A stretch of DNA of 64,000 nucleotides from positions 3,616,001 through 3,680,000 of the forward strand of contig CBDCNP010000002.1 of the NCBI GenBank assembly GCA_965219415.1, written 5' to 3'. The stretch comes from Candidatus Marinacidobacterales bacterium. Lineage in GTDB: Bacteria; Acidobacteriota; Vicinamibacteria; Marinacidobacterales; DATDRI01. Each line of letters opens with the position of its first letter. Positions within the stretch are counted from its first letter, which is position 1. Below are positions 1-11,145 of this stretch, piece by piece. Made by a program: the position numbers and the translations under genes. A model generated the notes under the pieces. The model saw only the letters and a list, made by a program, of their open reading frames with translations, was not told where the DNA came from and did no database searches.

Positions 1-494
1 CAACGTAGGAACTCGTATCTTTCGCGGTTCCTTTGGAACTCGATCTCCGCGTTCCTCTGGTAAGCCGCGGTGGTGCCGAAGACATCAACTTGAACGGAAT
101 GGTCGATGACGAGATCCACCGGCACGTCGGGATTGATCCTCTCGGGATCGCCACCCAAACGATTCACGGCCGAACGCATCGCCGCCAAGTCGACCACCGC
201 CGGGACCCCAGTGAAGTCCTGCAAAACGACTCGCGCGGGCTGGAAAGGGATTTCGCGGTCGCCGGGATTCTTCGCTTCCCACCCGGCAAGAGCCGACACG
301 TCGTCTTCGGTTACGAGCTTCCCGTCGCAGTTTCGGAGGGCCGTTTCCAGCAAGATCTTTACCGAGAAGGCAAGCCGTGACACGGCCCCCAGACCGGCCT
401 TTTCCAGCTGATCGAGGCGGTAGATCGTGGCGCTTCCGCTGCTGGTGTCGATGCTCGATCGAGCCCCGAAGTAGTCTTTGTTTTCTTGAGTCAT
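1..494 (-). CDS. acnA: Aconitate hydratase AcnA, N-terminal part (runs off window start)
   Basis: Manual minus-strand translation from ATG 494: [12 protein letters not shown]...[22 protein letters not shown]...[18 protein letters not shown], the aconitase A motifs. Confidence 0.95.
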   Translation of the reverse strand, partial: MTQENKDYFGARSSIDTSSGSATIYRLDQLEKAGLGAVSRLAFSVKILLETALRNCDGKLVTEDDVSALAGWEAKNPGDREIPFQPARVVLQDFTGVPAVVDLAAMRSAVNRLGGDPERINPDVPVDLVIDHSVQVDVFGTTAAYQRNAEIEFQRNRERYEFLR

Positions 495-509
495 GACTTA
501 ATGCTCGCT

Positions 510-579
510 CCCGCCTACGCCCTTCGGGCTACGGGCGGGTCCGCCGAAGTCCACTAGCACGACACTGACGGAGGCGGAC
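510..579. repeat. REP-like palindromic extragenic element
   Basis: Imperfect hairpins CCCGCCTACGCCCTTCGGGCTACGGGCGGG and TCCGCCGAAGTC...GACGGAGGCGGA; similar units at 27783-27819 and 54866-54891. Confidence 0.45.
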
Positions 580-784
580 GCTCTTCAATCACTGGCGCGG
601 GGCCCCGCCGCCTGGCCACGCTGGGCTTCAGCAACAACCTAGTTTGGCGGCCCCCACTCGCCTTCGCTCATAGCACGGCGACCGCACGCTCTTCATTCTG
701 ACTGTTCTTGGTTGGACTTTCCAGCTCGTTTGTCTTCGTACGCTTCATTGAAAGTGAGAGGGTTTGCTGCTATACACTGCTGCC

Positions 785-1540
785 ATGGCCGACAAGCAGG
801 CTCCTCTCGATTTCGGCAGGGCGCTCCGTTTCTTTTTCGAAGATCCCAAATGGGTGACCAAGATCATCCTTGGTGGCTTGTTTTCCGTTCTTTCCATCTT
901 TCTCGTGGGGACGGTATTCGTCGCCGGCTACGTCGTGGGCATCACCCGCCGAGCCGCACGTGGTGAAACAAAACCTCTTCCGGAGTGGGACGATTTGGGG
1001 ACTCTCTTCGTCGACGGGGTAAGGGCCCTGGCCGTCTACTTGGGCCACCTCCTCCCCCTCGGGATTCTCGCCACCGTACTTGCCCTCGCGGTGGGCGGCG
1101 TCTTTCAATCAGATAGTGCTCCGGATTCGCTTCGCGTCATGGCCATGTTCATCGTATTCGCCGGCTACGTCCTCGTCACCGTCGCTAGCATTGCCGTTCT
1201 CCTGTATCTCCCGGCCGCCTTCACTCGATTCGTCGTCCAAGACAAAGTGGCGGCGGCGTTCGATGTCCGGGAGAACTTCCTTTTCATCAAACGCAACCTT
1301 GCAAACTACAGCTTGGCCCTTCTGGCCATCCTCGCCGCGAGCTTTCTATCGCAGTTCGGTATCATTCTCTTTTGCATTGGGATCTTCCCCGCCAGTTTCT
1401 GGTCGAGTTCGGTGGCGGGATTCGTCCTCGGCGAAGTCGCTCTGAAGGATTCTGGGACCACTTCGCGAACAGCGAAGGCACCGACTACTCCACCGACGAC
1501 GAACTCAGGAGAGGCTAGCTACACAGAGTTCCTGCCCTAA
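785..1540 (+). CDS. DUF4013-like membrane protein
   Basis: FFFEDPKWVTKIILGG...GY...LPEWDD pattern with multiple TM helices; ATG at 785. Confidence 0.75.
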   Translation: MADKQAPLDFGRALRFFFEDPKWVTKIILGGLFSVLSIFLVGTVFVAGYVVGITRRAARGETKPLPEWDDLGTLFVDGVRALAVYLGHLLPLGILATVLALAVGGVFQSDSAPDSLRVMAMFIVFAGYVLVTVASIAVLLYLPAAFTRFVVQDKVAAAFDVRENFLFIKRNLANYSLALLAILAASFLSQFGIILFCIGIFPASFWSSSVAGFVLGEVALKDSGTTSRTAKAPTTPPTTNSGEASYTEFLP

Positions 1541-1746
1541 CCGGCGCCTGGCCACCTTGCTGTCGAGCACCTCGTTAGTTCGGCGCCCATCACGAACCGA
1601 GAGGCGCCTGGCCACCGCCGTCTGGCTACCTTCTTCTTGGCACAGCGTATTTTGACGGCCAGCCAATAGCCGGCCGCCTTGCGATCGCCGGTTCGCGCTC
1701 GCTACACTTCCAATAAACCCCCAGCGTGCCCATTTAGGATTAAGGA

Positions 1747-2448
1747 ATGTTTGCGATGCGTAGCCACATCGTTTTCACCGGCATCGTTCTATTGTCGTCC
1801 GCCGTTTCCTCGGCCGACAAGTTCGACGAGCGACTTCGACAGAGCGGTACGGTCATGAAGGAGATTCTCGACATGCCTGACTCCGTCCCCTTGGATCTGC
1901 TTCACAAGGCGGAGTGTGTCGTGGTGATGCCTTCGGTCAAGAAGTTCGCGTTCGGCATTGGCGGCAGCTACGGTGCGGGCGCGATGGTGTGCCGGAGCGG
2001 GAAGGGCTTCAACGGACCTTGGGGACCTCCATCCATGTACCGTATCGATGGAGGCAATATCGGATTCCAGATCGGAGGCCAGGCCACCGACTTCATCCTG
2101 CTCATCATAAATCCAAAGGGAGCGAATGCTCTGTTGAAGAGCAAGGTAAAACTAGGAGCCGATGCTTCCGCCGCCGCCGCCGGCCCCAAGGGCCGAGCCA
2201 CCGGCGCCGCGACCGATGCGACGATGCATGCGGAAATCTTGACTTACTCTCGGAACCGCGGTTTGTTCGCCGGCGTTTCCTTGGAAGGCTCAAGCCTGCG
2301 ATCGGACAATAATGCGAACGAAGAGATCTATGGTTACGAGATCTCGGCTCGCGACATCGTTTTGGGAAGTGAGGTCGCAACTCCCGCAGCGGCGAGCAAG
2401 CTCGTACGCCTGCTCCAAGAGGCATCTCCCAAGAACCTATCCGAGTAA
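1747..2448 (+). CDS. Lipid-binding SYLF (Ysc84) domain protein
   Basis: Signal peptide; GGSYGAG, GFQIGGQATD, YSRNRGLFAGVSLEG motifs. Confidence 0.9.
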   Translation: MFAMRSHIVFTGIVLLSSAVSSADKFDERLRQSGTVMKEILDMPDSVPLDLLHKAECVVVMPSVKKFAFGIGGSYGAGAMVCRSGKGFNGPWGPPSMYRIDGGNIGFQIGGQATDFILLIINPKGANALLKSKVKLGADASAAAAGPKGRATGAATDATMHAEILTYSRNRGLFAGVSLEGSSLRSDNNANEEIYGYEISARDIVLGSEVATPAAASKLVRLLQEASPKNLSE

Positions 2449-3360
2449 CTACTTTCGGATTTCTTCCATCTCTTCGAGCGTCCGTGGCCAATCACCCTTG
2501 AGCAATCGGGAAAGCGCTCTATCGGCGAGTAGCTTCCCTCCCGTCTGGCAACGCGCACAATAGTTCGTCTCGTTCTCCGCGTAGACGATGCGCTGCACCG
2601 GCGAGTCGCAAACCGGGCAAGGCTTCCCGTAACGGCCGTGGACTGCCATGGCCGGCCGGAAGGCGGTAACCTTCTTCGGAAACTCTCCGCCGGCTTCGTC
2701 GCGGAGCCGGTCGGTCCACTCCCGAAGCGCGTCGCGGGTTGCGCGATAGAGCCGCTCGATCTCATCGTCGTCGAGTCTTTGGGTCCACTTTATTGGGGAT
2801 AACCCCGCCCGATGGAGGATCTCATCTGAGTAAGCATTACCGATGCCGCTGAAGAGCCTCGAATCGGTCAGGGTCCGCTTCAAAGTGTGGTTCTCACTAA
2901 GGAGAACCCTTCGAAACGCCTCCAGTTCGGCTTCCAGAACTTCGATCCCACCGGGGTTCACCGTCGAGAGCCCCGCCTGCCCGCGCACCAAATGAAGCGA
3001 GGCCCGTTTCTTGGTGCCGGCCTCGGTGAGGATCAGCGTGCCTGAGCTGAAATCGAAGGCGGCCAGCCCCCTTCTTCCGGGGACCTTGGGTCTCGTCTCG
3101 TCGCCCACGCTCGGCTTCCATTGGAATCGCCCCGCAATCATCAGGTGAATCACCAGGAAGAGGTCTCCCTCGAGACCGATGACGATTCTCTTACCGATCC
3201 GTCGCAACCCGACTACCTTTCTCCCGGCGGCATCGGCAATCGGAGGGTCCACTGAACGCAGAAGGAACGGGCTGGCAATGCGGATCCTCTCGAGAACCTG
3301 AGCGAGAATCCTGGCCTCGAGGGCCTCGACATACACCGTGACATCGGGCAGCTCTGGCAT
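2449..3360 (-). CDS. Fpg/Nei family DNA glycosylase (paralog 1)
   Basis: N-terminal MPELPD, HLMIAG, H2TH motif [12 protein letters not shown]-terminal Zn finger CPVC...CARCQ. Confidence 0.92.
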   Translation of the reverse strand: MPELPDVTVYVEALEARILAQVLERIRIASPFLLRSVDPPIADAAGRKVVGLRRIGKRIVIGLEGDLFLVIHLMIAGRFQWKPSVGDETRPKVPGRRGLAAFDFSSGTLILTEAGTKKRASLHLVRGQAGLSTVNPGGIEVLEAELEAFRRVLLSENHTLKRTLTDSRLFSGIGNAYSDEILHRAGLSPIKWTQRLDDDEIERLYRATRDALREWTDRLRDEAGGEFPKKVTAFRPAMAVHGRYGKPCPVCDSPVQRIVYAENETNYCARCQTGGKLLADRALSRLLKGDWPRTLEEMEEIRK

Positions 3361-3529
3361 AGTGTGGCCGTCATCCTCCCATAAAGATGCAAGCTCGAAA
3401 AGCTCTAGGGCCGTCTGTCCACGTGGCTCGTTGGCACGACCTATTTTGACGGCCGAACGGGGAGCGGGTATCGTCTAAACACACTTATCCGTCGCACAAG
3501 GTTTTTGACGGCACCGCGGCGAGGAGGAG

Positions 3530-4309
3530 TTGATGACCGAACGACGCTTCGAGGGGAAAATCGCGCTGGTCACCGGAGCTACCAGTGGGATCGGCAAGGC
3601 CACCGCGGAGGCCTTTGCCCGCGAAGGGGCAAAGGTGGCACTGGTGGCCCGTCGAAAAGACGCCCTCGCCAAGCTGGCTCGCAGCATAGAGTCCGACGGA
3701 GGTACCGCACTCCCCCTCGCGGGTGATGTCACACGCGAAGGAGATCGGACCCGCATCGTTGACCAACTGACCTCCGAGTGGGGCGCTCTCGACGTTTTGG
3801 TCAATGCCGCGGGAATCATCGCTTTCGGCACCATAGAGAACACGAGCCTCGAGGCCTGGCAGGAGATGTTCGATATCAACGTCGTCGCGGTGTACCGACT
3901 GACTCAACTCGCCCTACCTCTCTTAACCCCTCGTAAGGGTAACGTGGTCATCGTTTCCAGCGTGACCGGCTTGCGATCTTTTCCTGGCGTCCTCGCCTAT
4001 TGTTCTAGCAAGGCTGCGGTGGATCAGCTCGCGCGGTGCGCTGCCTTGGAGCTTGCTGACAAGGGTGTGCGCGTGAATGCAGTGAACCCGGGGGTAGTCG
4101 TCACCAACTTGCACCGGGAGGGTGGGCTCGAAGAGGAGGCGTACCAGGCGTTCCTGGAGAAAAGCAAAACCACCCATCCGCTGGGTCGAGTGGGGACGCC
4201 TAAAGAGCTCGCCGACCTCATACTATTCCTCTCGTCTGACAACGCGGGTTGGATCACCGGCGCCACCGTACCCATCGACGGCGGACGCGCTCTCACCTGC
4301 GCGCGCTAG
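3530..4309 (+). CDS. SDR family oxidoreductase
   Basis: TGATSGIG, VNAAG, YCSSK catalytic motif, VNAVNPG. Confidence 0.95.
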   Translation: MMTERRFEGKIALVTGATSGIGKATAEAFAREGAKVALVARRKDALAKLARSIESDGGTALPLAGDVTREGDRTRIVDQLTSEWGALDVLVNAAGIIAFGTIENTSLEAWQEMFDINVVAVYRLTQLALPLLTPRKGNVVIVSSVTGLRSFPGVLAYCSSKAAVDQLARCAALELADKGVRVNAVNPGVVVTNLHREGGLEEEAYQAFLEKSKTTHPLGRVGTPKELADLILFLSSDNAGWITGATVPIDGGRALTCAR

Positions 4310-4442
4310 GGCACTGACGCGCCACGTGCTCGACGAAGGTGCGTCGGTGGTGTATCCTATTTTTATCACCTGAAAAAACTGAGTCGAGCCATCCTCGGGG
4401 AGCTCTCACCCGAGATGTCGTTTCTTCCCTTGGGAGGGATCC

Positions 4443-6756
4443 ATGTGCGCTACGCCAGCCGCCGCGGCCGTGACGATTCAAAGTGCCGCCTACAAAGACC
4501 AACTTCTCGAGATCGCCAATCGGGTCAACGCCGCCTCCGGAGTGCGGCAGATCCTTGCCACGCTTAAGGATCGGATTCCGGCTCTCCTCGGCTGCGAAAA
4601 TGTCACCGTGTACGCCCTAGACGTCAAGGTTCAGCAACTCTACACTTTGATGAAAGCAGGTGAGGGCATCAAGGAGATTCGGATTCCCAAGAACTTCACA
4701 TCCCTCGCTGGCTTCGCCGCACTCTCCAAGAAATTGGTCAACATTCAAGATGCGTACAACACCGCGGAGCTGCAACGAATTCATTCCAACCTCCGGTTCG
4801 ACCGCAGTTGGGACGAAAAGGCGGGGTTTCGCACCAAGGAGGTGCTAGCTGCTCCCATCTTGTTCGAAAAGTACCTGATGGGTGTCCTCCAAGCAATCAA
4901 CAAGAAGGACGGGAACACGTTCACCGGAGATGACGAGGCGGCCATTCACGAGATCACCCGGATTCTGGGAGTGGCCCTCTACAATCAACGGCGGGTTACC
5001 AGACAAACCCAACCCAACAAGTTCGGCTGCTACCTTATCGACAAGGGGATCATTTCAGAAAAACAACTCAACGATGCCGTAGCAAATGTTCGAGTCAACG
5101 CGCCGGACATCGGGTCTGTCCTCATCACTAAACTCAACGTTCCGAAAGCGGAGTTAGGTCAATCGCTGGCCACCTTCTACAACACCGAGTTCTTCAACTG
5201 GGACGGAAGCCAGGGCGTTCCCGCCGACGTCAAGGATCGGGTTCCTTCGGACTTCTTGCTCAAGAACGTGTGTGTTCCGATCCGAAAGGAAGCAGGGACG
5301 ACGACCTTCGTGGTAGAAGATCCCTTCGACCTCGCTCGGCTGGATGTCATCAAAGTTCTCGGCATTTCACCCAACTACGAGTTCTGGATCGGTCTCCGCG
5401 AAGACATCCTGGAGTGCATCAAGGGGAACTATGGAATCGAGGGTAAGACTAAAGACTCCATGGACAACATTCTTTCCGAACTGAGCGAGCTTGGTTCGGG
5501 AGAAGTACTGGTCGAGGAGGAAGATACTCCAGACCCGTAAGCCGAGGAGTTAGACGAGAAAGACAACGTCATCGTACGCTTGGCGAATCAGGTCATTCTC
5601 GAGGCACACCGTAGGGGCGCGTCCGACATCCATGTGGAGCCGTACGGCTCCAAGAACCCCTGCATGGTTCGGTTCCGGATCGACGGCCAATGCCAGGTGT
5701 TCATGGAGGTCCCGGGTAGCTACCGCAACGCCTTGGTCTCGCGGCTCAAGATCATGGCCCGGTTGGATATTTCCGAGAGACAGAAACCGCAGGACGGCAA
5801 AATTCGCTTCAAGGGTCCTATGGGGCAAATCGAGCTACGCGTGGCCACCCTCCCCACGACCAACAACAACGAAGACGTGGTGATGCGCCTACTCGCAGTC
5901 TAAACCGCTACCACTCGACAAGCTGGGCATGAGCGACAGAAACTTGGCGGAGCTTCGGGGCATTGCCGCCAAACCGTATGGAATCTTTCTCTGCGTCGGT
6001 CCTACCGGTTCCGGAAAAACGACGGCCCTTCATTCCTGCGTCGGCTCCATCAACACGCCGGACCGCAAGATTTGGACTGTCGAGGATCCAGTGGAGATCA
6101 CGCAACGCGGCCTCCGCCAGGTGCAGATCAATCTCAAGAAGGAACTGAACTTCGCTAAGGCGATGCGAGCCTTCTTGCGTGCCGACCCCGACGTCATCAT
6201 GGTGGGAGAGATGCGTGATCACGAGACCGCGGCCATTGGCGTGGAGGCCTCGTTGACGGGGCACATGGTCTTATCCACCCTTCACACCAACTCGGCGCCC
6301 AAAACCATCACTCGGCTCCTGGACATGGACCTCGATCCGTTCAACTTCGCGGATGCCCTCCTCGGCATTCTCGCCCAGCGCCTAACGCGTACCCTGTGCA
6401 AGAGCTGCAAGGAAACCTACCATCCAGCGGCTGGCGAGTTCGAGGAGCTGCTGTAGCTCTACGGAGAAGAATACGCCGACCGGCTGGGCGTCAAGTACTC
6501 GAAAAATCTTCGGCTCTTCCGCCCCAAGGGATGCAAGGAATGTAACGAAACGGGATACAAAGCGCGGATGGGCCTCCACGAGCTTCTGGTTGCCACCGAC
6601 GTCACCAAGTCACTCATCGCGAAACGGGCTTCGATCGAAGAGATCCGAAATCAAGCCATGAAAGAAGGCATGACCACACTCCTCCAAGATGGGATCTGGA
6701 AAGTTCTGGGTGGGCACATCGACCTGAAGTCGGTGAAGGCAGTTTGCATCAAGTAG
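4443..6756 (+). pseudogene. GAF-domain GspE/PilB family secretion ATPase, disrupted
   Basis: GAF N-terminus, ASDIHVEP, Walker A GPTGSGKTT, LRADPDVIMVGEMRD; in-frame TAA 5538-5540, frameshift ~5900, in-frame TAG 6454-6456. Confidence 0.85.
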
Positions 6757-6759
6757 AGA

Positions 6760-8415
6760 TCATCGGGCGGCGGCTCTCGTCTGTTTGAAGCGGAGAACGC
6801 CTTCCACGGTCAGCCAGACCGCCAACACCAGTAGGATCAGGCCCACCGCGAGCAGCAAATAGTTCTCGTCGTTGTAGAAATTTCTCACGTTCAACACCAT
6901 CGCCACCATCGTGGTGACCAACATGAAGATCATCGGAATCAGCGTGAAGAGATAGTTCGCTCGTCGCTGGATGAGATAGAGAGTGACCGTGAGCAGGGTG
7001 AGTCCCCCAAGAATCTGATTCGTCGTTCCAAAGAGCGCCCAAAGAGCCAAACCAGCCGGCTGACCGTTCACTTTGAAGAAGGCGAAGAAACCGATGGCCG
7101 CAACGGCGAGCAGAGACGACACGTAACGATTGCCCAGCGCGGGAAGCTTTACCGTCGCGGATACTTCCTGGATGTTGAAGCGGAGGAGACGGGTCCCCGA
7201 ATCGAGAGTGGTCAAGGCAAAAGAAACCGCGACCAAAGCCACGAAGGCCCGGCCGGCCGACTCGGGGAGTCCGAGCTGGCTCAGAAAGAGTCCGGAGCCG
7301 TTGATAAAGGCCGACATGCTCTGACCCAGCCCGCGCGCTACGTCCCAGCTTGCGTAGTGCTCGCGCCATGCCGTCGAGCTGGCGAAGCCCGCTGTCGTCG
7401 CCAACACCGCGGCTAGCCCAAGCAGGCTCTCTCCGATCATCCCTCCGTAACCGATAAAGGTCGCGTCCGTCTCCTTGTCAATCTGCTTGGCGGTGGTTCC
7501 CGAGGAAACGAGACCGTGGAAACCGGAGATGGCTCCGCAAGCGATCACGATGAAAACGAACGGAAAGAGCGGCGGGGCTCCCTCGGGATGAGTTTGCACG
7601 GCGGGTGCCACGAAGTCGGGTCTAAGTATCAGAAACCCGATAAAAATAGATCCGAGACCCAGATAGAGCAGCAAGGAATTTAGAAAATCGCGAGGCTGAA
7701 GCAGCAACCAAACCGGGAGCACCGAGGCCAGAAAAGCATAGACGAGGAGAATGCCGTTCCAGCCGTCGACGGATAAACCCGGCCTGGGCAATCGGAGACC
7801 TAGGTAAACGGCGATTAGCGTAAGAGCGAACCCTGCTGCGGTGAGGGGGCCCAACGACACGCCCTTCTTGTAAATCAGGACTCCCATCGCAACCGCGAGC
7901 GTCATGAGTGCGAAGCTAGGGAAGACCGCCTCCGGATAGAAGGCGGGAGTGAACAGCTGCGCCACGACCTGAACAAAGACGCCCATCGCGAGGGCAATCA
8001 GAAAAAAGATGATGGCGTGAAAAAGGCTCTTGGCGCGGGGCCCGATGATGGACTCCGCGACTTTGCCGATCGACTTCCCCTTCGCTCTCATGCTTACCAC
8101 CAGGGCACTGAAGTCGTGGACCGCTCCTATGAGCAGCGTCCCGAAAACCACCCAAATCATGGCTGGCAGCCAACCCCAGATCACCGCGATCGCGGGACCC
8201 AGCATCGGGGATAGGCCGGCGATGGAAGCATAGTGGTGCCCGAACAACACGGTCTTTCGACTGGGAACGTAGTCGAACCCGTCCTCCAGCTCGTGCGCTG
8301 GGGTAATCGCCTTCGGATCCAGCTCGAAGACCTTCCTGGCCAAATGCCTGGCGTACAAACGGTACCCAAGCAGGTAAGCAGCAAAGCACACCAGAGTTGC
8401 CGCGGCCGCACTCAT
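6760..8415 (-). CDS. cstA: Carbon starvation protein A (peptide/pyruvate transporter family)
   Basis: TPAHELEDGFDYVP, FGHHYASIAG, IACGAISGFHGLVSSGTT. Confidence 0.93.
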   Translation of the reverse strand: MSAAAATLVCFAAYLLGYRLYARHLARKVFELDPKAITPAHELEDGFDYVPSRKTVLFGHHYASIAGLSPMLGPAIAVIWGWLPAMIWVVFGTLLIGAVHDFSALVVSMRAKGKSIGKVAESIIGPRAKSLFHAIIFFLIALAMGVFVQVVAQLFTPAFYPEAVFPSFALMTLAVAMGVLIYKKGVSLGPLTAAGFALTLIAVYLGLRLPRPGLSVDGWNGILLVYAFLASVLPVWLLLQPRDFLNSLLLYLGLGSIFIGFLILRPDFVAPAVQTHPEGAPPLFPFVFIVIACGAISGFHGLVSSGTTAKQIDKETDATFIGYGGMIGESLLGLAAVLATTAGFASSTAWREHYASWDVARGLGQSMSAFINGSGLFLSQLGLPESAGRAFVALVAVSFALTTLDSGTRLLRFNIQEVSATVKLPALGNRYVSSLLAVAAIGFFAFFKVNGQPAGLALWALFGTTNQILGGLTLLTVTLYLIQRRANYLFTLIPMIFMLVTTMVAMVLNVRNFYNDENYLLLAVGLILLVLAVWLTVEGVLRFKQTRAAAR

Positions 8416-8511
8416 ATCTCTCCCCCTTTGGAGTCGTTGCCTACCGACGGTAGCGGATTATAGGAGAACGCATTGCGCGGGGCCACCCCATCGGATAGGC
8501 TTTTCGGAAAC

Positions 8512-9807
8512 ATGAGACCTCTGCAAGGATTCCGGGATTTTTATCCGGAGGAGCTCGCACTAAGGAACTATCTCTTCGATACCTGGCGAAGGGTCGCGCG
8601 GAACTACGGCTTTTCCGAGTACGACGGGCCTCCCCTGGAGGAACTGGAGCTGTATAAGAGGAAGTCCGGAGACGAGATCGTCGGCCAGCTCTACCACTTC
8701 GTCGACAAGGGTGGGCGGGACGTCGCGCTCCGGCCCGAAATGACGCCGACCCTCGGTCGCATGATGGCGGCCCGAGCGACTCAACTACCGAAACCCATCA
8801 AGTGGTTCTCCGTCCCCCAACTTTTTCGCTACGAACGAAAGCAAAGGGGGAGACTACGAGAGCACTTCCAGCTGAACATGGACATCATCGGTGCCCCCGA
8901 GGTCGAAGCGGACGCCGAGCTACTGGCGGCGGTGTTGGATATCCAACGGGCCCTCGGGCTTACCGAAAAGGACGTCGTGGCCCGCGTCAACGATCGTCGG
9001 ATTGTAGCGGGCGCTTTGACGCTTCTCGAAGTGACGGAAGAACAAATACCCGCGGTGTACAACGCCATCGACAAGTTTCGCAAGGTACCCGACCTGACTT
9101 TTCGGGAGCTACTCGGCGAGGCTGGCGTGCCTCCGAACCACGTCGACAGCCTAGCGAGTCTTTGCTCCGGTGACGCGTCACTCTTCGAGTGGTTCGCGCC
9201 ACAAGTCGATCGAGCCGGGCTAGAAGAGACCGCCGAAGCGCTCGCCGCGCTCGAACGCTATTTGGACTTGCTGGGAAAACAAGGACTCGGCGGTTTCGTT
9301 AGCGTGGATTTTTCCGTCGTGCGGGGTCTTGCCTACTACACCGGCATCGTTTTCGAGCTCTATGACCGGCAAGGGGAGCTACGCGCAATTTGCGGCGGGG
9401 GTCGTTACGACAACCTGATCGCAGTCTTGGGTGGGCCGGATATCCCCGCCCTGGGCTTCGGGATGGGGGACGTCGTCCAGACGGAACTTCTCAAAGATCA
9501 CGGGCTCCTGCCAAAGACTCCCTCGCGTGTCGCGGTGGCGGTGATCCCGGTGGGAGAGACGCTTGCCGATGCGGCCCGCTCGGTGACCCGACAGCTGCGG
9601 GAAGCGGGGATATCCGCTGAAACTCCCTTTTCGCCAGCCGGCGTGGCCAAAGATCTCAAGGCGGCCGATCGCTCTCACGCTCGCTTCGCCGTCATCGTCG
9701 GACCCGACGAGTGGTCGGCGGGGGAAGCGAAGTTGAAGGATCTTCGTTCCGGAACGGAAGAGCGGCTCTCCATAGAGGGCATCGTCGAGATCATTGGCCG
9801 GAGCTGA
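8512..9807 (+). CDS. hisS: Histidine--tRNA ligase
   Basis: GFRDFYP, LRPEMTPT, RYERKQRGRLREHFQ, RGLAYYTG, GGGRYD. Confidence 0.96.
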   Translation: MRPLQGFRDFYPEELALRNYLFDTWRRVARNYGFSEYDGPPLEELELYKRKSGDEIVGQLYHFVDKGGRDVALRPEMTPTLGRMMAARATQLPKPIKWFSVPQLFRYERKQRGRLREHFQLNMDIIGAPEVEADAELLAAVLDIQRALGLTEKDVVARVNDRRIVAGALTLLEVTEEQIPAVYNAIDKFRKVPDLTFRELLGEAGVPPNHVDSLASLCSGDASLFEWFAPQVDRAGLEETAEALAALERYLDLLGKQGLGGFVSVDFSVVRGLAYYTGIVFELYDRQGELRAICGGGRYDNLIAVLGGPDIPALGFGMGDVVQTELLKDHGLLPKTPSRVAVAVIPVGETLADAARSVTRQLREAGISAETPFSPAGVAKDLKAADRSHARFAVIVGPDEWSAGEAKLKDLRSGTEERLSIEGIVEIIGRS

Positions 9808-9848
9808 CACCAGTCGCACTCGTCTCGCCGACTCGTCCCGCCGTCGCT

Positions 9849-10103
9849 TTAGCGAATGCGGACTTTCTCTATGTGGACGTGCTCACCTTCCTCGGTCACT
9901 CTGAATCGGGCACCGATCGGAAAAAGGTCGAGAATGCGAAAGGCCGGCAACGGCCGCGAGGAGTCGCGCATGTACTCCTCACCGTCCGCGACCAGCGCTC
10001 CCACGAAGAGGAGCTCCCTCCACTTGCGGCGCGGGATCTTGAACGAATCCGTCCCCCCTTCGATGTCTAGGAACGGCTTGTTGGGATCGGGGCGGCGTGC
10101 CAT
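9849..10103 (-). CDS. Small hypothetical protein
   Basis: 84-aa ORF from MARRPDPNKPF with protein-like composition, filling the gap between hisS and the methyltransferase. Confidence 0.55.
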   Translation of the reverse strand: MARRPDPNKPFLDIEGGTDSFKIPRRKWRELLFVGALVADGEEYMRDSSRPLPAFRILDLFPIGARFRVTEEGEHVHIEKVRIR

Positions 10104-10121
10104 CGGGGCTATAGTGTACCA

Positions 10122-10850
10122 GTGGCTGCCGTCCGCATCGTCCTCGTTCGTCCCGAGCACTCGGCCAACATAGGTGCGGCTGCCCGGGCCATCGCCAATA
10201 TGGGACTGGCGGGGCTGGACCTCGTATCCCCAGGCGATTGGCGCACCGTCGAGGCTTGGCGAATGGCCTGGCGTTCCGAGGACACGCTAGAACAGGCGCG
10301 GGTCTTCGATTCTCTCGACGGAGCTCTCGCGGGGTCCGTATGCACCGCCGGGTTGACTGGGAGATCGGGTGGCCGCGTCGAACCGATCACAGTACGGACC
10401 ATGGCTGAGCAAATCGCGTCTCTCCCGGACGAAGCGCAAGTGTCGCTGGTCTTCGGACCAGAATCCAAGGGGCTGCCCGAGCAAGACCTGCTCCGTTGCC
10501 AGAGACGAGTGCGCATCCCCTCTCATCCCGACCAACCTTCGCTAAACCTCGCGCAAGCGGTAATGGTCATGGCCTACGAAGTGTTCGTGAGCGGCCTCGT
10601 ATGCGGAGCCTCGGCATCACAGCACACTGAACGCGCGGAGCAGGGCGACGTCGAACGCGCTCTTAGCTTTTTGCGGGATGCGATGCTCGAAATCGGGTTC
10701 CTCACAATTGAAAACCCCGAAGCGCGCTTCGTCGAGTGGCGTGAGCTTTTCGGCCGTGCCGGGCTTAGCGAACGTGACGTGAAGCTCATCCTTGCATTGG
10801 CACGCCGCATCCGCGGAGCACGCCGAGCCACTGGCGACTCCGACTCTTGA
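10122..10850 (+). CDS. TrmJ/TrmH-family SPOUT RNA methyltransferase
   Basis: VLVRPEHSANIGAAARAIANMG, VFGPESKGL, SLNLAQAV. Confidence 0.9.
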   Translation: MAAVRIVLVRPEHSANIGAAARAIANMGLAGLDLVSPGDWRTVEAWRMAWRSEDTLEQARVFDSLDGALAGSVCTAGLTGRSGGRVEPITVRTMAEQIASLPDEAQVSLVFGPESKGLPEQDLLRCQRRVRIPSHPDQPSLNLAQAVMVMAYEVFVSGLVCGASASQHTERAEQGDVERALSFLRDAMLEIGFLTIENPEARFVEWRELFGRAGLSERDVKLILALARRIRGARRATGDSDS

Positions 10851-10860
10851 ACTGTTGGTG

Positions 10861-11145
10861 CTACACGCAGAGGAGAGTGGTCGTGTGGGTGACGCCCTTC
10901 AACCCCCCGATGGTACCGGCAACGACACCCGAAATGTCCTTGAGCTCCCCGACCTCGAGGGAGACGACGATGTCGAAGGGGCCGGTGACGGGATCGACGC
11001 CCTTGACCGCAGCCATCTTTTCGAGCGCCCGGATCACCGCAGCCACTCGCCCCGGAAGGGTCTGGACCAAAACGAAGGCCCGCACCAGCTTCGCGGAACC
11101 CCGGGAGCGGGCTCTCGAGGATGGTCGTTTCTGCAAACCGCCCAT
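10861..11145 (-). CDS. Lrp/AsnC ligand-binding (RAM) domain protein, no HTH
   Basis: AFVLVQTLPG...VTGPFDIVV...GVTHTTTL; AGGAGG RBS before ATG 11145. Confidence 0.8.
   Translation of the reverse strand: MGGLQKRPSSRARSRGSAKLVRAFVLVQTLPGRVAAVIRALEKMAAVKGVDPVTGPFDIVVSLEVGELKDISGVVAGTIGGLKGVTHTTTLLCV

Noticed and set aside
1543-1616. Direct repeat GGCGCCTGGCCACC x2 as a possible CRISPR remnant
   Set aside because: Only two 14-bp copies, no regular spacers, no cas genes
5538-6456. Stop-codon reassignment or pyrrolysine readthrough in the PilB-like gene
   Set aside because: The stops are of two kinds (TAA and TAG), a frameshift is also present, and both codons terminate normal genes elsewhere in the window
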